From NCBI RefSeq assembly GCF_963921235.1, contig NC_086101.1, forward strand, positions 7,380,001 through 7,444,000: a DNA stretch of 64,000 bases, read 5' to 3'. This stretch comes from Mobula hypostoma. Its lineage: Eukaryota. Both the position numbers and the translations under genes were made by a program. Position 1 is the first letter of the stretch. Every line of letters starts with the position of its first letter. Under the pieces are notes generated by a model. The model was not told the DNA's origin. It saw only the letters and a list, made by a program, of their open reading frames with translations, and did not search any database. Shown one piece after another: positions 61,076 to 64,000 of this stretch.

Positions 61076-63815
61076 AAACATAGAAACATAGAAAATAGGT
61101 GCAGGAGTAGGCCATTCGGCCCTTCGAGCCTGCACTGCCATTCAGTATGATCATGGTTGATCATCCAACTCAGAACCCTGTACCTGCCTTCTCTCCATAC
61201 CCCCTGATCCCTTTAGCCACAAGGGCCATATCTAACTCCCTCTTAAATATAGCCAATGAACTGGCCTCAACTGTTTCCTGTGGCAGAGAATTCCACAGAT
61301 TCACCACTCTCTGTGTAGACGTTTTTCCTCATCTCGGTCCTAAAAGGCTTCCCCTTTATCCTCAAACTGTGACCCCTCGTTCTGGACTTCCCCAACATCG
61401 GGAACAATCTTTCTACATCAAGCCTGCCCACTCCCTTTAGAATTTTATACATTTCAATAAGATCTCCCCTCAATCTTCTAAATTCCAGAGAGTATAAGCC
61501 TAGCCGATCCAGTCTTTCATCATTTGAAAGTCCTGCCATCCCAGAAATCTATCTGGTGAACCTTCTTTGTACTCCCTCTACGGCAAGAATGTCTTTCCTC
61601 AGATTAGGGGACCAAAACTGCACACAATACTCCAGGTGTGGTCTCACCAAGGCCTTGTACAACTGCAGTAGTACCTCCCTGCTCCTGTACTTGAATCCTC
61701 TTGCTATGAATGCCAGCATACCATTCGCCTTTTTCACCGCCTGCTGTACCTGCATGCCCACTTTCAATGAGTGGCGTACAATGACACCCAGGTCTCATTG
61801 CACCTCCCCTTTTCCTAATCGGCCACCATTCAGATAATAATCTGTTTTCCTGTTCTTGCCACCAAAGTGGATAACCTCACATTTATCCACATTAAATTGC
61901 ATCTGCCATGAATCTGCCCACTAACCTAACCTATCCAAGTCACCCTGCATCCTCCTCACAGCTAACACTGCCGCCCAGCTTCGTGTCATCTGCAAACTTG
62001 GAGATGCTGCATTTAATTCCCTCGTCTACGTCATTAATATATATTGTAAACAACTGGGGTCCCAGCACTGAGCCTTGCTGTACCCCACTAGTCACTGCCT
62101 GCCATTCTGAAAAGGTCCCGTTTATTCCCACTCTTTGCTTCCTGTCCACCAACCAATTCTCTATCCACATCAATACCATACCCCCGATACTGTGTGCACA
62201 CTAATCTCCTGTGTGGGACCTTTTCAAAAGCCTTTTGAAAATCCAAATATACCACATCCACTGGTTCTCCCCTATCCACACTACGAGTTACATCCTCAAA
62301 AAATTCTATGAGATTCGTCAGACATGATTTTCCTTTCACAATTCCATGCTGACTTCGTCTGATGATTTCACCGCTTTCCAAATGTGCTGTTATCACATCT
62401 TTGATAACTGACCCGAGCATTTTCCCCACCATCGATGTCAGGCTAACCAGTGTATAATTCCCCGGTTTCTCTCTCCCTCCTCTTTTAAAAAGCGGGGTTA
62501 CATTAGCCACCCTCCAATCCTCAGGAACTAATCCAGAATCTAAAGAGTTTTGAAAAATTATCACTAATGCATCCACTATTTCTTGGGCTACTTCCTTAAG
62601 CACTCTGGGATGTAGACCATCTGGCCTGGGGGATTTATCTGCCTTCAATCCCTTCAACTTACCTAACATCACTTCCCTACTAACATGTATTTCCCTCAGT
62701 TCCTCCATCTCACTAGACCCTCTGTCCCCTACTATTTCCGGAAGATTATTTATGACTCCTTAGTGAAGACAGCACCAAAGTAGTTATTCAATTGATCTGC
62801 CATGTCCTTGTTCTCCATGATCAATTCACCTGTTTCTGACTGTAAGGGACCTACATTTTTCTTAACCAATCTTTTTCTTTTCACATATCTATAACAGCTT
62901 TTACAGTCAGTTTTAATGTTCCCTGCCAGCTTTCTCTCATAATCTTTTTTCCCTTTCCTAATTAAGCCCTTTGTCCTCCTCTGCTGGACTCTGAATTTCT
63001 CCCAATCCTCAGGAGTGCTGCTTTTGCTGGCTAATTTGTATGTTTCTTCTTTGGAATTGATACTATCCCTAATTTCCCTTGTCAGCCATGGGTGCACTAC
63101 CTTCCCTGGTTTATTCTTTTGCCAAACTGGGATGAACAATTGTTGCAGTTCATCCATGCGATCTTTAAATGCTCGCCATTGCATATCCACCGTCAACCCT
63201 TTAAGTATCATTTGCCAGTCTATGTTAGCTAATTCTCGTTTCATACCTTCAAAGTTACCCTTCTTTAAGTTCAGAACCTTTGTTACTGAATTAACTATGT
63301 CACTCTCCATCTTAATGAAGAATTCCACCATATTATGATCACTCTTACCCAAAGGGCCTCGCACGACAAGATTTCTAACTAACCCTTCCTCATTGCTCAA
63401 TACCTAGTCCAGAAAGCCCTGCTCTCTAGTTGGTTCCTCGACATGTTGGTTCAGAAAACTATCCCGCATATATTCCAAGAAATCCTCTTCCTCAGCACCC
63501 TTACCAATTTGTTTCACCCAATCTATATGTAGATTGAAGTCACCCATTATAACTGCTGTTCCTTTATTGCACGCATTTCTAATTTCCTGTTTAATGCCAT
63601 CCCCAACCTCACTACTACTGTTAGGTGGCCTGTACACCACTCCCACCAGCATTTTCTACCCCTTAGTGTTATGCAGCTCTACCCATATCGATTCCACATC
63701 CTCCCGGCTAATGTCCTTCCTTTCTATTGTGTTAATCTCCTCTCTAACCAGCAATGCCACCCCACCTCATTTTCTTTCATGTCTATCCCTCCTGAATATT
63801 GAATATCCCTGAATG
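61076..63815 (-). mobile_element. Relatively young CR1 LINE, most of ORF2 (EN-RT-3' UTR), frameshifted
   Basis: [53 protein letters not shown] and LYKALVRPHLEYC motifs; (atgtttct)n tail at 61076-61094. Confidence 0.93.
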
Positions 63816-64000
63816 TTGATCTCCCATTGGCGACATAACATATCTCTTCAAACTCCTAAAGAGGTGGTGTACCTTCTTTGTGATCGCATCAATGTGTTGG
63901 GCCCGGGATAGATCCTCTGAGACATTGAAGGCCAGGTATACTGATGCTGCTGCACCACCAGACAAGAACCCGCCACCAGGCCACATAACAGGAGGGTGTG

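Overview
Repeat-dense vertebrate genomic DNA, most likely a cartilaginous fish such as a ray or skate (inferred from the HE1/V-SINE-like, CR1, Rex1/Babar, RTE, L1/Tx1 and Penelope-like repeat mix). One host gene can be assembled on the + strand: a 4-coding-exon PRRT1/SynDIG4-type CD225 (dispanin) gene, join(11853..11871,30798..31093,46585..46758,53156..53332), 221 aa. All junctions are GT-AG and phase-consistent, and the ORF track shows only fragments of it. Almost everything else is nested, mostly decayed retroelements, several with exact target-site duplications (TSDs). The most notable non-coding signal is a family of Penelope-derived inverted-repeat elements carrying minimal type I hammerhead ribozyme motifs (stem I-CUGANGA-stem II-GAAAC-GUC-stem I). 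They include a 1.3-kb GIY-YIG-containing copy just upstream of the gene and a 230-bp fold-back mini-element made of two back-to-back hammerheads with a 14-bp TSD in intron 1. Other oddities: a candidate alternative first exon, a solo LTR, CORE-SINE and RTE-derived elements sharing one 3' tail, a 56-unit two-letter hexamer array and a 50-bp templated insertion. Repeat boundaries are approximate unless a TSD is given; family names are from motif recognition, not database searches.
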